The notes beneath the pieces were generated by a model that worked only from the letters and a program-made list of their open reading frames with translations, was not told the DNA's origin and ran no database searches. A stretch of DNA of 64,000 nucleotides from an uncultured Pseudomonadota bacterium. Its GTDB lineage: Bacteria; Pseudomonadota; Alphaproteobacteria; Rhizobiales; Beijerinckiaceae. Position 1 is the stretch's first letter; each line of letters begins with the position of its first letter. A program made the position numbers and the translations under genes. The stretch is taken from NCBI GenBank assembly GCA_963703385.1, contig OY969816.1, positions 1,357,483 to 1,421,482 on the forward strand, in the 5' to 3' direction. This document shows, piece by piece, positions 10,458 through 21,157 of this stretch.

Positions 10458-11909
10458 AAGCCCCGCCAGATATTTGGAGGGATCGACCGGCTTCGAGCCC
10501 TTGCGCAGTTCGAAATGGAGCTGGGGCGAGGAGACGTCGCCGCTCTGGCCGGACAAAGCGATGGTCTGGCCGCGCCGGACGGTCTGGCCGCGCTTGACGT
10601 CCAGCGAGCCGTTATTGGCGTAAGCCGAGACGAAGCCGTTGGGATGGCGGATCAGCACGAGATTGCCATAGCCCTTGAGCTCGCTGCCGGCATAGACGAC
10701 GGTGCCGTTTTCCGCCGCCTTGACCTGCGTGCCCTCCGGCACCGCGATATTGATGCCGTCGTTGCCGCCCGAGCCAAAACCCTGGATCACGCGACCGCGC
10801 GCCGGCCAGCGGAATTCCGGACTGGCCGAATCGGAAGACGCCGACATGGCCGGAGGCGGCAGGCTCGCCGTGGCGCTCGCGTCGTTCTTGACGATCGGCA
10901 TGTTGTCGACCGGGGCGGTCGCAGCGCTATGGACGAGTTTGGCGGGAGCGGCGGGCGGTGCGGCTTGTCCGGCCGCGGCGACGTGGCTTTTTTCCTTTTT
11001 CGCCTTGAGCTGGGCGAGACGAACCGCCTTGTCCTGCGCGGCTTTCTCATGGATGGCCTTCTGCTCGGCGACCCGAGCGGCCTGCCTGGCCTTGCGGGCG
11101 TCGGCGGGGGACAGGGCCTCGGCGCGGGCGGGCTGTTGGCCTTCACTCCAGCGCAGATGTTCGCCTTTCTTGGCCTGGGCGAGCTCCTCGCCGACCAGCG
11201 AACGCGAGGCCATGCGCTGATTTTCGGCCGGCGTGGCCCGCTCGCGCGCTTGACGCGCCACCGGCGCGGGCGCCGCCGCCGCGACCCGCCCGCCCTTGGC
11301 CCGATAGACGGGAATGGTCAGCCGGGAGCCGGGCGCCAGACGGGCATGGGGCGGATAGCCGTTGAGCGTGAGCAGGGTCGCGACCGGCACGCCATAGCGC
11401 TGGGCGATGAGATCGGCGTTTTCGCCCTGGGCGACGACGATCGGCGTGCCGCCGTCGGCGGTCCAGCCGCCGAGGGAATTCGGGTTGCCGCGCAGCGCGT
11501 AGGTTGGATGCGGCGCCGGCGCCGACAATGGAGCGGGCGCTGAAAAAGTCGCGACCGGAGCCGCCGGCGCGAGGGGCGCGCTGGCGATCGGCTCGGGCGG
11601 AACGGGATGATTATATTGCGGCGCGCGATAGGCCGCGGCGTCCCTGGACTGAGGCCGGGCCGGCGCCGGCTGGGAATCGAACGGCCGGAACGTGTCCGAA
11701 AAAAAGTTCGAGACCTTCGTCATGGGCGACGGCGCGGAATTGATCGAGCCTGTCGGCGTTCGATCGACGCGGGGATTGGAACTGGCGTATGGCGTTCCCA
11801 ACGAATTGCCGAACTGGCCGGTCTCGGAACATCCGCCCAAAAGGATTGTGGCCACGCCGATCAGGGCCACCCGGAACGCGCCTCCGGAAATCTTATCCCC
11901 AGCACTCAT
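10455..11909 (-). CDS. nlpD: LysM/M23 peptidoglycan endopeptidase (NlpD-like lipoprotein)
   Basis: Lipobox LLGGC, LysM-like IAQRYGV, M23 GINIAVPEGT..GYGNLVLIRH..SPQLHFELR; position after surE-pcm. Confidence 0.9.
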   Translation of the reverse strand: MSAGDKISGGAFRVALIGVATILLGGCSETGQFGNSLGTPYASSNPRVDRTPTGSINSAPSPMTKVSNFFSDTFRPFDSQPAPARPQSRDAAAYRAPQYNHPVPPEPIASAPLAPAAPVATFSAPAPLSAPAPHPTYALRGNPNSLGGWTADGGTPIVVAQGENADLIAQRYGVPVATLLTLNGYPPHARLAPGSRLTIPVYRAKGGRVAAAAPAPVARQARERATPAENQRMASRSLVGEELAQAKKGEHLRWSEGQQPARAEALSPADARKARQAARVAEQKAIHEKAAQDKAVRLAQLKAKKEKSHVAAAGQAAPPAAPAKLVHSAATAPVDNMPIVKNDASATASLPPPAMSASSDSASPEFRWPARGRVIQGFGSGGNDGINIAVPEGTQVKAAENGTVVYAGSELKGYGNLVLIRHPNGFVSAYANNGSLDVKRGQTVRRGQTIALSGQSGDVSSPQLHFELRKGSKPVDPSKYLAGL

Positions 11910-12025
11910 CACGCATCCCACCCACGCTTTAACCAATAGACGCAATCTAAGCGCAGGGCGGTTAAAGGAGCGTTTAAGATGAATCCTTATTCAGCAAATC
12001 CGCGGTCGAATGCAATTCGTTACAC

Positions 12026-12712
12026 TTAACGATCGCTGAACACGCCGCGCAGCAGGCGTTGCGCCCGCCAGGCGCCAAGAACGCGCTCGTCGACGGCGCC
12101 GGAGGCTAAGCGGTCGAAGCGGACCAGTTCGCAAGGCCCCTCCCCGGCGCGGCGGCGCGGGCCGACCAGAACCCCGCCTTCCGCGAGGGCGCCCGCGATC
12201 GCGGCGGGAATCTCCTCCAAGGCGCCGTGGACGAGGATGCGGTCGAACAGGCCGTAGGACGGGGAAATCTCGAAACCGTCGGCCCAGATCACCGCGACAT
12301 TGGCGACTCCCAGCCGCTCCAGCCGCGCGCGCGCGTCCAGCGCGAGACGCTCGAAACAATCGACGCTGACCACCTCGCGGCCAAGCATCGCCAGGACCTT
12401 GGCCGAAAAGCCGGAGCCAGCGCCGATTTCGAGAATCCGGCTGCCGGGCCGGGGGTCGAGCGCCGCAATCATCCGCGCCAGCGCGGACGGCGATTCCATG
12501 GTCTGGCCAAAGGGCAAGGGAACGGCGACATCGCGCAAGGCGAGATCGGCGAAGGCCGGGCCGACGAAATTTTCGCGCGGCGCCGCCTCGATCGCCCGCA
12601 GCAGCGCCAGATCCACGTCGCCCCGCGCGCGCAGCCGCATCAAAAGCTGGGCCTTGGCCTCCGCCCGCGCCGAAGCCGTGATCGATGGCAAGGTTTTGGC
12701 CGCCGGCGCCAT
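12026..12712 (-). CDS. pcm: Protein-L-isoaspartate O-methyltransferase
   Basis: PRENFV, GQTMESP, ILEIGAGSGF, FDRILV; synteny with surE and nlpD. Confidence 0.88.
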   Translation of the reverse strand: MAPAAKTLPSITASARAEAKAQLLMRLRARGDVDLALLRAIEAAPRENFVGPAFADLALRDVAVPLPFGQTMESPSALARMIAALDPRPGSRILEIGAGSGFSAKVLAMLGREVVSVDCFERLALDARARLERLGVANVAVIWADGFEISPSYGLFDRILVHGALEEIPAAIAGALAEGGVLVGPRRRAGEGPCELVRFDRLASGAVDERVLGAWRAQRLLRGVFSDR

Positions 12713-12719
12713 CGCGATT

Positions 12720-13472
12720 TCAGCCGAAAGCGCCGGCGAAATGGGCGAGCGCCGGATCGTCGGTCAGGTCGAGCCGCAGCGGCGTCACCGAAATGCGATT
12801 CTGCGCCACGGCCTCCAGATCGGTGCCTTCGCCCGCCTTGAATCGCGGCCGCTCGAAGGCGATCCAGTAATAGGGATTGCCGCGCCCGTCGAACCGCGCC
12901 TCGATCTTCATCAGCTCCTGCTCGCGCCGTCCCTGCCGCGTCAGGGTCACGCCCTGCACAGCCGAAGGCTCGCAAGCCGGAAAATTGACATTCATCAGCA
13001 CGCCGGGCGGAAAACCGCGCGCCACGATTTTCCGGATCAGCTCCGGCGCGAGCGTCTCGGCGCATTCCCAGGGCGTGCCCACCGGCGAATAGCATTGCGA
13101 CAGAGCGATCGAGGCCACGCCGAGCAATGTCCCTTCCATCGCCCCGGCGATGGTGCCGGAATAGGTCACGTCCTCGGCGACGTTCTGGCCCTTGTTGACG
13201 CCGGAAAGGATCAGGTCCGGCGGCGAATTGATCATCAGCTTGCGCACGCCCATGATGACGCAGTCGGTCGGGGTGCCCTTCACCGCATAATGACGGTCGG
13301 TGATCTTGCGCAGGCGCAACGGATCGGACAGCGAAAGCGAATGGGCGACGCCCGACTGGTCGCTCTCCGGCGCCACCACCGTCACATCGTCGGAAAGACT
13401 CTTCGCAATCCGCTCCAGCGCTCTGAGCCCAGGCGCGTGAACGCCGTCATCGTTGGTGATGAGAATGCGCAT
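12720..13472 (-). CDS. surE: 5'/3'-nucleotidase SurE
   Basis: [33 protein letters not shown]. Confidence 0.97.
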   Translation of the reverse strand: MRILITNDDGVHAPGLRALERIAKSLSDDVTVVAPESDQSGVAHSLSLSDPLRLRKITDRHYAVKGTPTDCVIMGVRKLMINSPPDLILSGVNKGQNVAEDVTYSGTIAGAMEGTLLGVASIALSQCYSPVGTPWECAETLAPELIRKIVARGFPPGVLMNVNFPACEPSAVQGVTLTRQGRREQELMKIEARFDGRGNPYYWIAFERPRFKAGEGTDLEAVAQNRISVTPLRLDLTDDPALAHFAGAFG

Positions 13473-13562
13473 TTTCTTTGCCCGATTCGAAATCAGGACG
13501 CCTTATAGCGCGCGCCTCGCCGGGAAACAGCTTTTTTGGCGCGAGGGCTTTTGCCGCGCCGC

Positions 13563-15086
13563 TCAGGGCTGCGTGATTTTTTCCACGCCACCCATATAGG
13601 GCCGCAAGGCCTCCGGCACGCTCACCGAGCCGTCCGGGTTCTGGTAATTCTCCAGCACCGCGACCAAAGCGCGGCCGACCGCGACGCCCGAACCGTTGAG
13701 GGTGTGGACGAAGCGCGGCCCCTTGCCCTCGGCCGGTCGATAGCGCGCGCCCATGCGCCGGGCCTGGAAATCGCCGCAGACCGAGCAGGACGAGATTTCG
13801 CGATAGCGGTTTTGCCCCGGCAGCCAGACTTCGATGTCGTAGGTTTTTTGCGAAGCAAAACCCATGTCGCCGGTGCAGAGCGTTACCACACGATAAGGCA
13901 ACTTAAGGCGCTTCAGCACTTCCTCAGCGCACTTCGTTAGGTAATCGTGCTCGGCGAGCGACTGTTCGGGCGTCGTAATCGAGACCAGTTCGACCTTGGT
14001 AAACTGGTGCTGGCGAATGATACCACGGGTGTCGCGCCCCGCCGCGCCGGCCTCGGCGCGGAAGCAGGCGGTGCCGGCGGTCATGCGTAGCGGCAGCGTG
14101 GATTCGTCCAGAATCTGCTCGCGGACGAGATTGGTCAGCGGCACCTCGGCGGTCGGGATGAGCCATGAACTTTGTGACATACTCCGGACCTCCGCAAAGC
14201 CCAGAAATTTCCTCAAGATTAGGCTGCCGTTCTCGTTCAAGTTCGAATACGCTTCTTCTTCAGCTTCGCTTATGGCAGCAATTTCGCTTGATATTGCCTT
14301 TAGCTCTTTCGGTGTCAGTGGCCGTGTCAACCACGGTGCGCCAGGAACAGAATCCAAAATGCTGTCTAAGCTGTTGAAGTTGATTTCAGTCGAGGCAAAA
14401 TATTGATCTTCTCGGAATTTGGGCAATTGCGCCGTACCGAACATGGCGTGGTCGCGCACGAGCAGCGGCGGAGCGACTTCCTGAAACCCATGCTCCTCGG
14501 TGTGCAGGTCGAGCATGAACTGGGCGAGCGCGCGCTCCAGCCGCGCCAGCTTGCCCTTGAGCACCACGAAACGCGCGCCGGACATGCGTGCCGCCGCCTC
14601 GAAATCCATCATTCCAAGGCTTTCGCCGATCTCGAAATGCTCTCGAGGCTTTAAGCCTTCGGGGAAGACCGGCTTGTCGCCAACGCGACGTTCTTCGCGG
14701 TTAAAATTCTCGTTGGGACCATCAGGAACGATCGGAGCCGGCAGAGGTCGATTGGGGATAGTGGCGAGAAAGTCGTTCAATTTACGATTGGCGTCACGCT
14801 CCCTTTTTTCGTGAGAGCCGATATCCGTTTTAATAATAAGGACGTTGTCTTTGAGGCTCTGCGCGCGAACGGTATCTTTCGTCTTCATTGCCTCGCCAAT
14901 TGCGCGCGCGTAGGTGTTCGCCTGCTCACGAAGACTCTGGGCTTCCTTTGTCGCCTTGATACGACCGTCATCTAGTTCGATGAGACTCGCAATTTTCCCA
15001 TCAGCCTCTATTTCGTCTGGATTGCGCCGCAAGAGGTCGGCGCGAAAGCCGTCGAGGTCGTCGCGGATCGATTTGATGTCGTGCAT
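13563..15086 (-). CDS. serS: Seryl-tRNA synthetase with an in-frame insertion
   Basis: MHDIKSIR start, GQLPKF-like [54 protein letters not shown]. Confidence 0.96.
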   Translation of the reverse strand: MHDIKSIRDDLDGFRADLLRRNPDEIEADGKIASLIELDDGRIKATKEAQSLREQANTYARAIGEAMKTKDTVRAQSLKDNVLIIKTDIGSHEKRERDANRKLNDFLATIPNRPLPAPIVPDGPNENFNREERRVGDKPVFPEGLKPREHFEIGESLGMMDFEAAARMSGARFVVLKGKLARLERALAQFMLDLHTEEHGFQEVAPPLLVRDHAMFGTAQLPKFREDQYFASTEINFNSLDSILDSVPGAPWLTRPLTPKELKAISSEIAAISEAEEEAYSNLNENGSLILRKFLGFAEVRSMSQSSWLIPTAEVPLTNLVREQILDESTLPLRMTAGTACFRAEAGAAGRDTRGIIRQHQFTKVELVSITTPEQSLAEHDYLTKCAEEVLKRLKLPYRVVTLCTGDMGFASQKTYDIEVWLPGQNRYREISSCSVCGDFQARRMGARYRPAEGKGPRFVHTLNGSGVAVGRALVAVLENYQNPDGSVSVPEALRPYMGGVEKITQP

Positions 15087-15114
15087 GAGAGGCTCGTCAG
15101 TCCGGGCGCGATTT

Positions 15115-15885
15115 TTAGGTTGCGGACGCGGCGCGATTCTTTTCGATGAGGCCGACCGCGAATACGGCGCCTTCGTAAAGAAGCACCATGGGAAGGACAA
15201 GGGAGATCATCGAAATCAGGTCGGGCGGCGTCAGAATCGCCGCGACCACCGTGATCAGGACGATCGCATAGCGCCGCTTCGCTTTCAGGAAAGCCTGGTC
15301 GATGATCCCGGCCTGGCCGAGCAGGGTGAGGATCACCGGAAGCTGGAAGGCGGCGCCGAAGGCGAAGATCAAGGTCATGATCAGCGACAGATATTCGCTG
15401 ACCTTGGGCAGAAGCTCGATCGTCGCCTCGCCCTTGACGTTCAGTTGCTGGAAGCTCACGGAAAAGCGGATGAGGAAGGGCATGACCGCGTAATAGACCA
15501 GCAGCGCGCCGAGGAAGAACAGGGTCGGCGTCGCGACGAGATAGGGCGCGAAAGCCCGCCGCTCGTGGCCGTAGAGGCCCGGCGCGACGAATTTGTAAAT
15601 CTGCAGCGCGATGATCGGAAAAGCGATGAAGGCGGCGCCAAACATCGACAATTTCAGCTGGGTAAGGAATTGCTCCAGGAAATGGGTGGCGATCAGCTTG
15701 GCGTTCTCGGCGCCGACCACCCGGACATAGGGCTGGAGCAGGATGTTGTAGATCTCGTGCGAGAAATAGAAACAGGCCACGAAGGCGATGAGAAAGGCGA
15801 CCAAGGCCTTGATCAGCCGGGCGCGCAGTTCGATCAGGTGATCGATCAGGGGCGCCTTGGTGGCGTCGATATCGGCTTGGGTCAT
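15115..15885 (-). CDS. tatC: Twin-arginine translocase TatC
   Basis: [36 protein letters not shown]. Confidence 0.96.
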   Translation of the reverse strand: MTQADIDATKAPLIDHLIELRARLIKALVAFLIAFVACFYFSHEIYNILLQPYVRVVGAENAKLIATHFLEQFLTQLKLSMFGAAFIAFPIIALQIYKFVAPGLYGHERRAFAPYLVATPTLFFLGALLVYYAVMPFLIRFSVSFQQLNVKGEATIELLPKVSEYLSLIMTLIFAFGAAFQLPVILTLLGQAGIIDQAFLKAKRRYAIVLITVVAAILTPPDLISMISLVLPMVLLYEGAVFAVGLIEKNRAASAT

Positions 15886-16298
15886 GCGGACTTTCCGGCC
15901 GGCGGCGCCGATTCGGGCGCGGGCGCGACAGGCTCCGGCGCGGGCGCGGGCTGATCCTCGACAATGATGAGCCCCGAGGGGGCCGGCGGCGGTTCGGGGA
16001 TCGCGGCCGGCGTCTCGGTTTTGGGCGCCGCGGGCGCCTCCAGCATGTCGGCGACGCGGTTGAACGCGCCTTCCATCGAGGTTTTCTGCTTCAGGTCGTT
16101 GAGGCCGTCGCGAACCTGCGTCAGTTCGGCCTCGCGCAGGGCTTCATGGAACTGGCCCTGGAATTCCGTCGCCATCCGCCGCGCCTGTCCGACCAGGCGG
16201 CCGACCATGCGCAAGGCCTCGGGCAAATCCTTGGGTGGAATGAAGATCAGGGCCACGACGCCGATCAGCAGCAGCTTGCCCACATCGAAATCGAACAT
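15882..16298 (-). CDS. tatB: Twin-arginine translocase TatB
   Basis: MFDFDVGKLLLIGVVALIFIPPKDLP; between tatA and tatC. Confidence 0.93.
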   Translation of the reverse strand: MFDFDVGKLLLIGVVALIFIPPKDLPEALRMVGRLVGQARRMATEFQGQFHEALREAELTQVRDGLNDLKQKTSMEGAFNRVADMLEAPAAPKTETPAAIPEPPPAPSGLIIVEDQPAPAPEPVAPAPESAPPAGKSA

Positions 16299-16429
16299 CG
16301 AAGCCTCGCCGGCAATCGCGTCCCGCGCCGATCGCCCAAGAGCAGACAAACAAGAGCCGACAACTGGATGAAGGCGCGTCAAATGTCGAGGTTTGACGGA
16401 ACGTCCGGAAGAAACGACCGAAAAAGGGT

Positions 16430-16666
16430 TCAGCCGACCTTGTTGACGTCGCGGGAAGCGTCCACCGGCGTCGTCGCCTGATGTTCGATCGTGCGCGACG
16501 TCTCGGCGGGCGGGGCGGGCGTCTCTTCGTCGGCGAGACCCTTCTTGAAGGCTTTGACGCCCTTGGCGACATCGCCCATGATGTCCGAAATCTTGCCCTT
16601 GCCGCCGAACAGCACAAGGACGACCGCGCCGACAAGCAGCCAATGGAACAACGACATACCGCCCAT
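16430..16666 (-). CDS. tatA: Twin-arginine translocase TatA
   Basis: [43 protein letters not shown]. Confidence 0.96.
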   Translation of the reverse strand: MGGMSLFHWLLVGAVVLVLFGGKGKISDIMGDVAKGVKAFKKGLADEETPAPPAETSRTIEHQATTPVDASRDVNKVG

Positions 16667-16943
16667 GACGGCGAACCTCCAAAATAGCCTGCGCCCTTGC
16701 CGCGGAACGCAGTTTCTTCCCGCCAAACTAGTGCGCGCAACCCGCAAAAACAAGCGTCGCTTCAACTGGGGATAAGTTCCGCGCGGCGCGATGCGCGATT
16801 ATGACCCTTCAAAAGCCGTGCTAAACAGATTAAGAGCAGACGCCGAGAAACCCTTTGGGGCGAAAAAAACGCGCAAATCCGTCGCTTTTTTGCGCCTCGC
16901 GGGACGCGCCAAAGGCCCGTCAAATTTCACCAAGGCCCACAGA

Positions 16944-17456
16944 ATGAGCAGAACAAGCGCCTCCGCCGCCAAAACCGCCCGAGCCGGACAAGCCGGCCAG
17001 AAAATCGACGCCAAGCTGGTGCGCGAGATCGCAACTCTGTTGAGCGAGACCGACCTGACCAAGATCGAGGTGGAAAAGGGCGACCTGCGGATCAGGGTGG
17101 CGCGTCAGGCGAATTATGTCGGGCCGGCCGTCGTCCATCCGCCGGCTCATGTTCCGGTCTACGCGCCCGCCGCGCACCCTCTTTCGCCCGCCGCCGAGCC
17201 CGCCGCGCCGGTCTTGGACCACGCCGACGCGTTGAAATCGCCGATGGTCGGCACCGTCTATCTGCGTCCGAGCCCCGACGCCAAGGCCTTCGTCGAGATC
17301 GGCTCGCATGTTTCCGCCGGCCAGAAAGTGTTGCTGATCGAGGCGATGAAGACCTTCAACGACATTGTCGCGCACAAGACCGGCACGGTGACCGCCATTC
17401 TGGTCGAGGACGCCCAGCCGGTCGAATATGACCAGCCCCTGCTGGTCATTTCCTGA
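16944..17456 (+). CDS. accB: Acetyl-CoA carboxylase biotin carboxyl carrier protein
   Basis: KSPMVGT, biotinylation motif IEAMKTFN. Confidence 0.95.
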   Translation: MSRTSASAAKTARAGQAGQKIDAKLVREIATLLSETDLTKIEVEKGDLRIRVARQANYVGPAVVHPPAHVPVYAPAAHPLSPAAEPAAPVLDHADALKSPMVGTVYLRPSPDAKAFVEIGSHVSAGQKVLLIEAMKTFNDIVAHKTGTVTAILVEDAQPVEYDQPLLVIS

Positions 17457-18809
17457 TGTTCGAAAAGATTTTGATCGCCAACCGCGGCGAAATCGCCCTC
17501 CGCATCCTGCGCGCGGCGAAGGAGCTGGGGATCGCCACCGTCGCCGTCCATTCGACCGCGGACGCCGACGCCATGCATGTGAAGCTGGCCGACGAATCGG
17601 TCTGCATCGGCCCGCCGGCGGCGCGCGAACTCTTATCTCAACATCCCGGCCTTGCTCGCGGCCTGCGAGATCACCGGCGCGGACGCCGTCCATCCCGGCT
17701 ACGGCTTCCTGTCGGAAAACGCCAAATTCGCGGAAATTCTCGCCGACCACAACATCGGTTTCATCGGCCCCAAGGCCGAGCATATCCGCATCATGGGCGA
17801 CAAGATCGAGGCCAAGCGCACCGCGCGGGCGCTCGGCATTCCCTGCGTGCCGGGCTCCGAAGGCGGGGTGACCGACGACGACGAGGCCATGCGCATCGCC
17901 GAGGACATCGGCTTTCCGGTGCTGGTGAAGGCGGCCGCCGGCGGCGGCGGGCGCGGCATGAAGGTCGCGCGGACCGCGGTCGATCTGTCGGAGGCTTTGG
18001 CCGTTGCGCGCGCCGAGGCCAGGGCGGCCTTCGGCGACGACGCGGTTTATTTGGAAAAATATCTCGAAAAGCCGCGCCATATCGAAATCCAGATCCTCGG
18101 CGACGGGCTGGGCAACGCCGTCCATGTCGGCGAGCGCGACTGTTCACTGCAGCGCCGCCACCAGAAGGTGCTCGAGGAGACGCCCTCGCCGGCGCTGAAC
18201 CAGGACCAGCGCAACCGCATCGGCGAAATCTGCGCCGACGCCATGCGCAAGCTGCAATATTCGGGCGCTGGAACCATCGAGTTCCTGTACGAGAACGGCG
18301 AGTTCTTCTTCATCGAGATGAACACCCGCATTCAGGTCGAGCATCCGATCACCGAAATGATTTCCGGGCTCGACCTGCTGGTTGAGCAGATCAAGATCGC
18401 CAGCGGCGCGCCGCTGAGCTTCGCCCAGGCCGATCTCGAACTGCGCGGCCACGCCATCGAATGCCGCATCAACGCCGAAAACCCGGCGACCTTCCGCCCC
18501 TCGCCCGGCAAGATTCTCTATTACCACCCGCCGGGCGGCGTCGGCGTGCGCGTCGATTCGGCGGTCTATCAGGGCTATACGATCCCGCCCTATTACGATT
18601 CTCTCGTCGGCAAGCTGATCGTTCAGGGGCGCACCCGCATCGAGACGCTGATGCGCCTGCGCCGCGCGCTCGATGAATTCATCGTGGACGGGATCGACAC
18701 CACTTTGCCCTTGTTCCGCGCCCTGGTGCGCAACGCCGACATCCAGGACGGCGTCTATGACATCCACTGGCTGGAAAATTTTCTCGCCAAGGGCGGCATG
18801 GAGGGCTGA
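17456..18809 (+). CDS. accC: Acetyl-CoA carboxylase biotin carboxylase, apparent +1 frameshift at 17627-17632 (probable sequencing error)
   Basis: [14 protein letters not shown] in one frame; [51 protein letters not shown] in the next; deleting one A restores ARDSYLN. Confidence 0.95.
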
Positions 18810-19238
18810 GTGAGGCTCGCTGTCGTCCTTCTGACCTTGTTCGCGCTCGTCGGCGCGGCATTCTGGCTGTCGGGCGGCCGAGCGCCGGCTCCGGCGCTGA
18901 TCGCGGACCTTTCCGACGACGGGATGCGCGGCGCGCCCTGCCCGGCGGGCACGCTCCAGGAACAAAGGGCGCGGCTGAGACAGGGCGTCCCGCCGCCCGC
19001 CGCGCTCGGGCGAAAATTGCGCCAGAACTTTCCGCTCGGCTCGGACGCGGGCGCGCTTGCAGCGCTGCTGACCGCGCAAGGTTTCCAGAGATTCCCGCCC
19101 TGCCCCGATGACGAGAGCGTCTTCGGCGCCCGCTGGATCAGCCGGCGCTGGGGCGAGCCCGACGCCTATGTCTATTGGCGCGCCGACGACGCCGGGAAGC
19201 TGATTTTTCTCGACGGGCAGGTCAGCCGAACGCCGTGA
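18810..19238 (+). CDS. Hypothetical membrane-anchored protein
   Basis: Hydrophobic N-terminal segment, host-like codon usage, abuts the accC stop. Confidence 0.7.
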   Translation: MRLAVVLLTLFALVGAAFWLSGGRAPAPALIADLSDDGMRGAPCPAGTLQEQRARLRQGVPPPAALGRKLRQNFPLGSDAGALAALLTAQGFQRFPPCPDDESVFGARWISRRWGEPDAYVYWRADDAGKLIFLDGQVSRTP

Positions 19239-19299
19239 GGGTCGGGCAAGAGCGTCTTGATTGCAGGTCCGCCGGCGCATGAATGCGCTTGAGGCGGCG

Positions 19300-19405
19300 C
19301 TAGAGCGTTTTCAAGCGAAGTGGAACCCGGTTCGCGTTAAGAAAACGCGTTAAAACAAGAATCTAGACCATTTTCATGTTTCCATGAAACTTGAAAATGG
19401 TCTAG
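19300..19405 (+). repeat. Modular palindromic intergenic element
   Basis: ctagagcgttttcaagcgaagtggaacccggttcgcg..aaaacaagaat plus palindrome ctagaccattttcatgtttccatgaaacttgaaaatggtctag. Confidence 0.92.
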
Positions 19406-19449
19406 CAACGGCTTAGAGCAAGGCGTCCGCAATTTTCCCCCTGGCCGCC

Positions 19450-20328
19450 TTGACCGCTCCCGATTCGACCGAAAACCTGCTGGCCCGCATCGCCGAAGCC
19501 TTGGAGCGGTTGAGCCCGCCGCCCCCGCCCCGGCCCGATTTCGCCGCCGCCGACGCCTTCGTCTGGCGCGCCGAGGCGGAAGCGCTCGCCCCGGTGAAAA
19601 AGGTCAGTCGCGTGGACCTGGGCCTGCTGCGCGGGGTCGATTATCTGCGCGACCAGCTCTCAAGCAACACCGAGCGTTTCGCCCGCGGCCTGCCGGCCAA
19701 TAATGTGCTGCTGTGGGGCGCGCGCGGCATGGGCAAATCGTCGCTGGTCAAGGCCGTTCACGCCGACGTCGACGCGCGCCTGGCCGGAACGCCGGATTTC
19801 TCCGGCCTCTTGCTGATCGAAATCCACCGCGAGGACATCGAATCGCTGCCCGCCTTGATGGCCCTGCTGCGCGACGCCGACCGGCGCTTCATCGTCTTCT
19901 GCGACGACCTGTCCTTCGACGGCGGCGACGCCTCCTACAAGTCGCTCAAGGCGGCGCTCGAAGGCGGGGTCGAAGGGCGGCCCGCCAATGTCCTGTTCTA
20001 CGCGACCTCCAACCGCCGCCACCTCCTGCCGCGCGACATGGTCGACAACGAACGCTCCACCGCGATCAATCCGGGCGAGGCGGTCGAGGAGAAAGTTTCG
20101 CTGTCGGATCGCTTCGGGCTGTGGCTCGGCTTCCACAAATGCAGCCAGGACGATTATCTCGCCATGGTGTTCGGCTATGTCGACCATTACCGGCTCGAGG
20201 CGCCCGAGGAGCAAATTCGCGCCGAGGCGCTGGAATGGGCGATCACTCGCGGGTCGCGGTCGGGCCGCGTGGCGTTCCAATTTATCCAGGATCTCGCCGG
20301 AAGGCTCGGCCGCAAGCTCGAAGGCTAA
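19450..20328 (+). CDS. DUF815-like AAA+ ATP-binding protein
   Basis: NNVLLWGARGMGKSS, FCDDLSF, YATSNRRHL, SLSDRFGL, RSGRVA. Confidence 0.9.
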   Translation: MTAPDSTENLLARIAEALERLSPPPPPRPDFAAADAFVWRAEAEALAPVKKVSRVDLGLLRGVDYLRDQLSSNTERFARGLPANNVLLWGARGMGKSSLVKAVHADVDARLAGTPDFSGLLLIEIHREDIESLPALMALLRDADRRFIVFCDDLSFDGGDASYKSLKAALEGGVEGRPANVLFYATSNRRHLLPRDMVDNERSTAINPGEAVEEKVSLSDRFGLWLGFHKCSQDDYLAMVFGYVDHYRLEAPEEQIRAEALEWAITRGSRSGRVAFQFIQDLAGRLGRKLEG

Positions 20329-20672
20329 CTCGCCTTCTTCTCATGGCTCCGGACAACGCCGCGCGTTGCGCTCTTGCGCGCCGTCGCCCTTGCCCGTTCG
20401 AGATCGTTGCGGGCGCGCGCCTCCAGCGCCACGCGCATTTCGCTTTAAATCGCCGGACGCTCGGCGTTCAGAAGGTCGCGTTCCTCCATGGTCGCGCCGA
20501 GATCCGCCAAAATATTGTCGTAAAAGGCTGCCAGCCCAGCACAAAACTCGCTGGTTCCAACGCCAAGCAGCGCCTTGAGGCGCTCGGCTTCGGCGAGGCG
20601 GGCTTTTACGCGTTCACGGTGGCGGCGCTGCTTTTCAGCGCCGGTCAGCGGTCGGGAGCCAATTTGACGCAT
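20325..20672 (-). CDS. Hypothetical ~115-aa basic protein interrupted by in-frame TAA at 20445-20447
   Basis: LTGAEKQRRHRER N-terminus; the frame continues 40 codons past TAA (SEMRVALEARARNDLERARA..) to TAG at 20325; CAA at that site would restore GAATC. Confidence 0.65.
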
Positions 20673-21001
20673 CTGGCAATCTTCACGTGAGGTTCGCCCC
20701 CATAAAGCCGCAATCAGAGTTGCGCGTCAATCATGTGACGTCAGCCATGCCATCAAGGCCCGCGGCCACGGTCGGCGCCTTCGGCGCTAAATTTCGTTCA
20801 TTGTCAGAGGGTTGAAGGGATGTGCCCCCCGGCGCGCGGGTTTTCGCAAATTTCTCGCAGCCATCACATTTTCTTGTGCGGGCTCTGCGGGCTTCTTCGG
20901 GGGCTTCTCCGGGGCTTGGCGGGCGCCGGTCGCGAATTTTCCTTTTTTAAGTCTTTTCAATCGGATTCTTCACTGCTATACGGCGCCCATCGCAAGCGCG
21001 A

Positions 21002-21078
21002 TCCCTGATAGCTCAGCCGGTAGAGCAAGCGACTGTTAATCGCTGGGTCGCAGGTTCGAAGTCCTGCTCAGGGAGCCA
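21002..21078 (+). tRNA. tRNA-Asn (GTT), one extra base in the T-loop
   Basis: Acceptor stem tccctga/tcaggga, D-arm gctcagccggtagagc, anticodon loop ctGTTaa, T-arm gcagg-ttcgaagt-cctgc, encoded CCA. Confidence 0.95.
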
Positions 21079-21157
21079 CTTTTCCCCTCGATCGCGCGGT
21101 CTTTCCCGTGTCCCTAAATCGGCCAGAACGCGCTTATCCCGATCGTCCGGGGAGAGC

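Noticed and set aside
11925-11985. CtrA box upstream of nlpD
   Set aside because: The TTAA pair is spaced by 8 rather than 7 nt; only half-sites are present
14166-14400. Intein or group I/II intron in serS
   Set aside because: No N-terminal Cys/Ser block or C-terminal His-Asn, no homing endonuclease or RT; short and in frame
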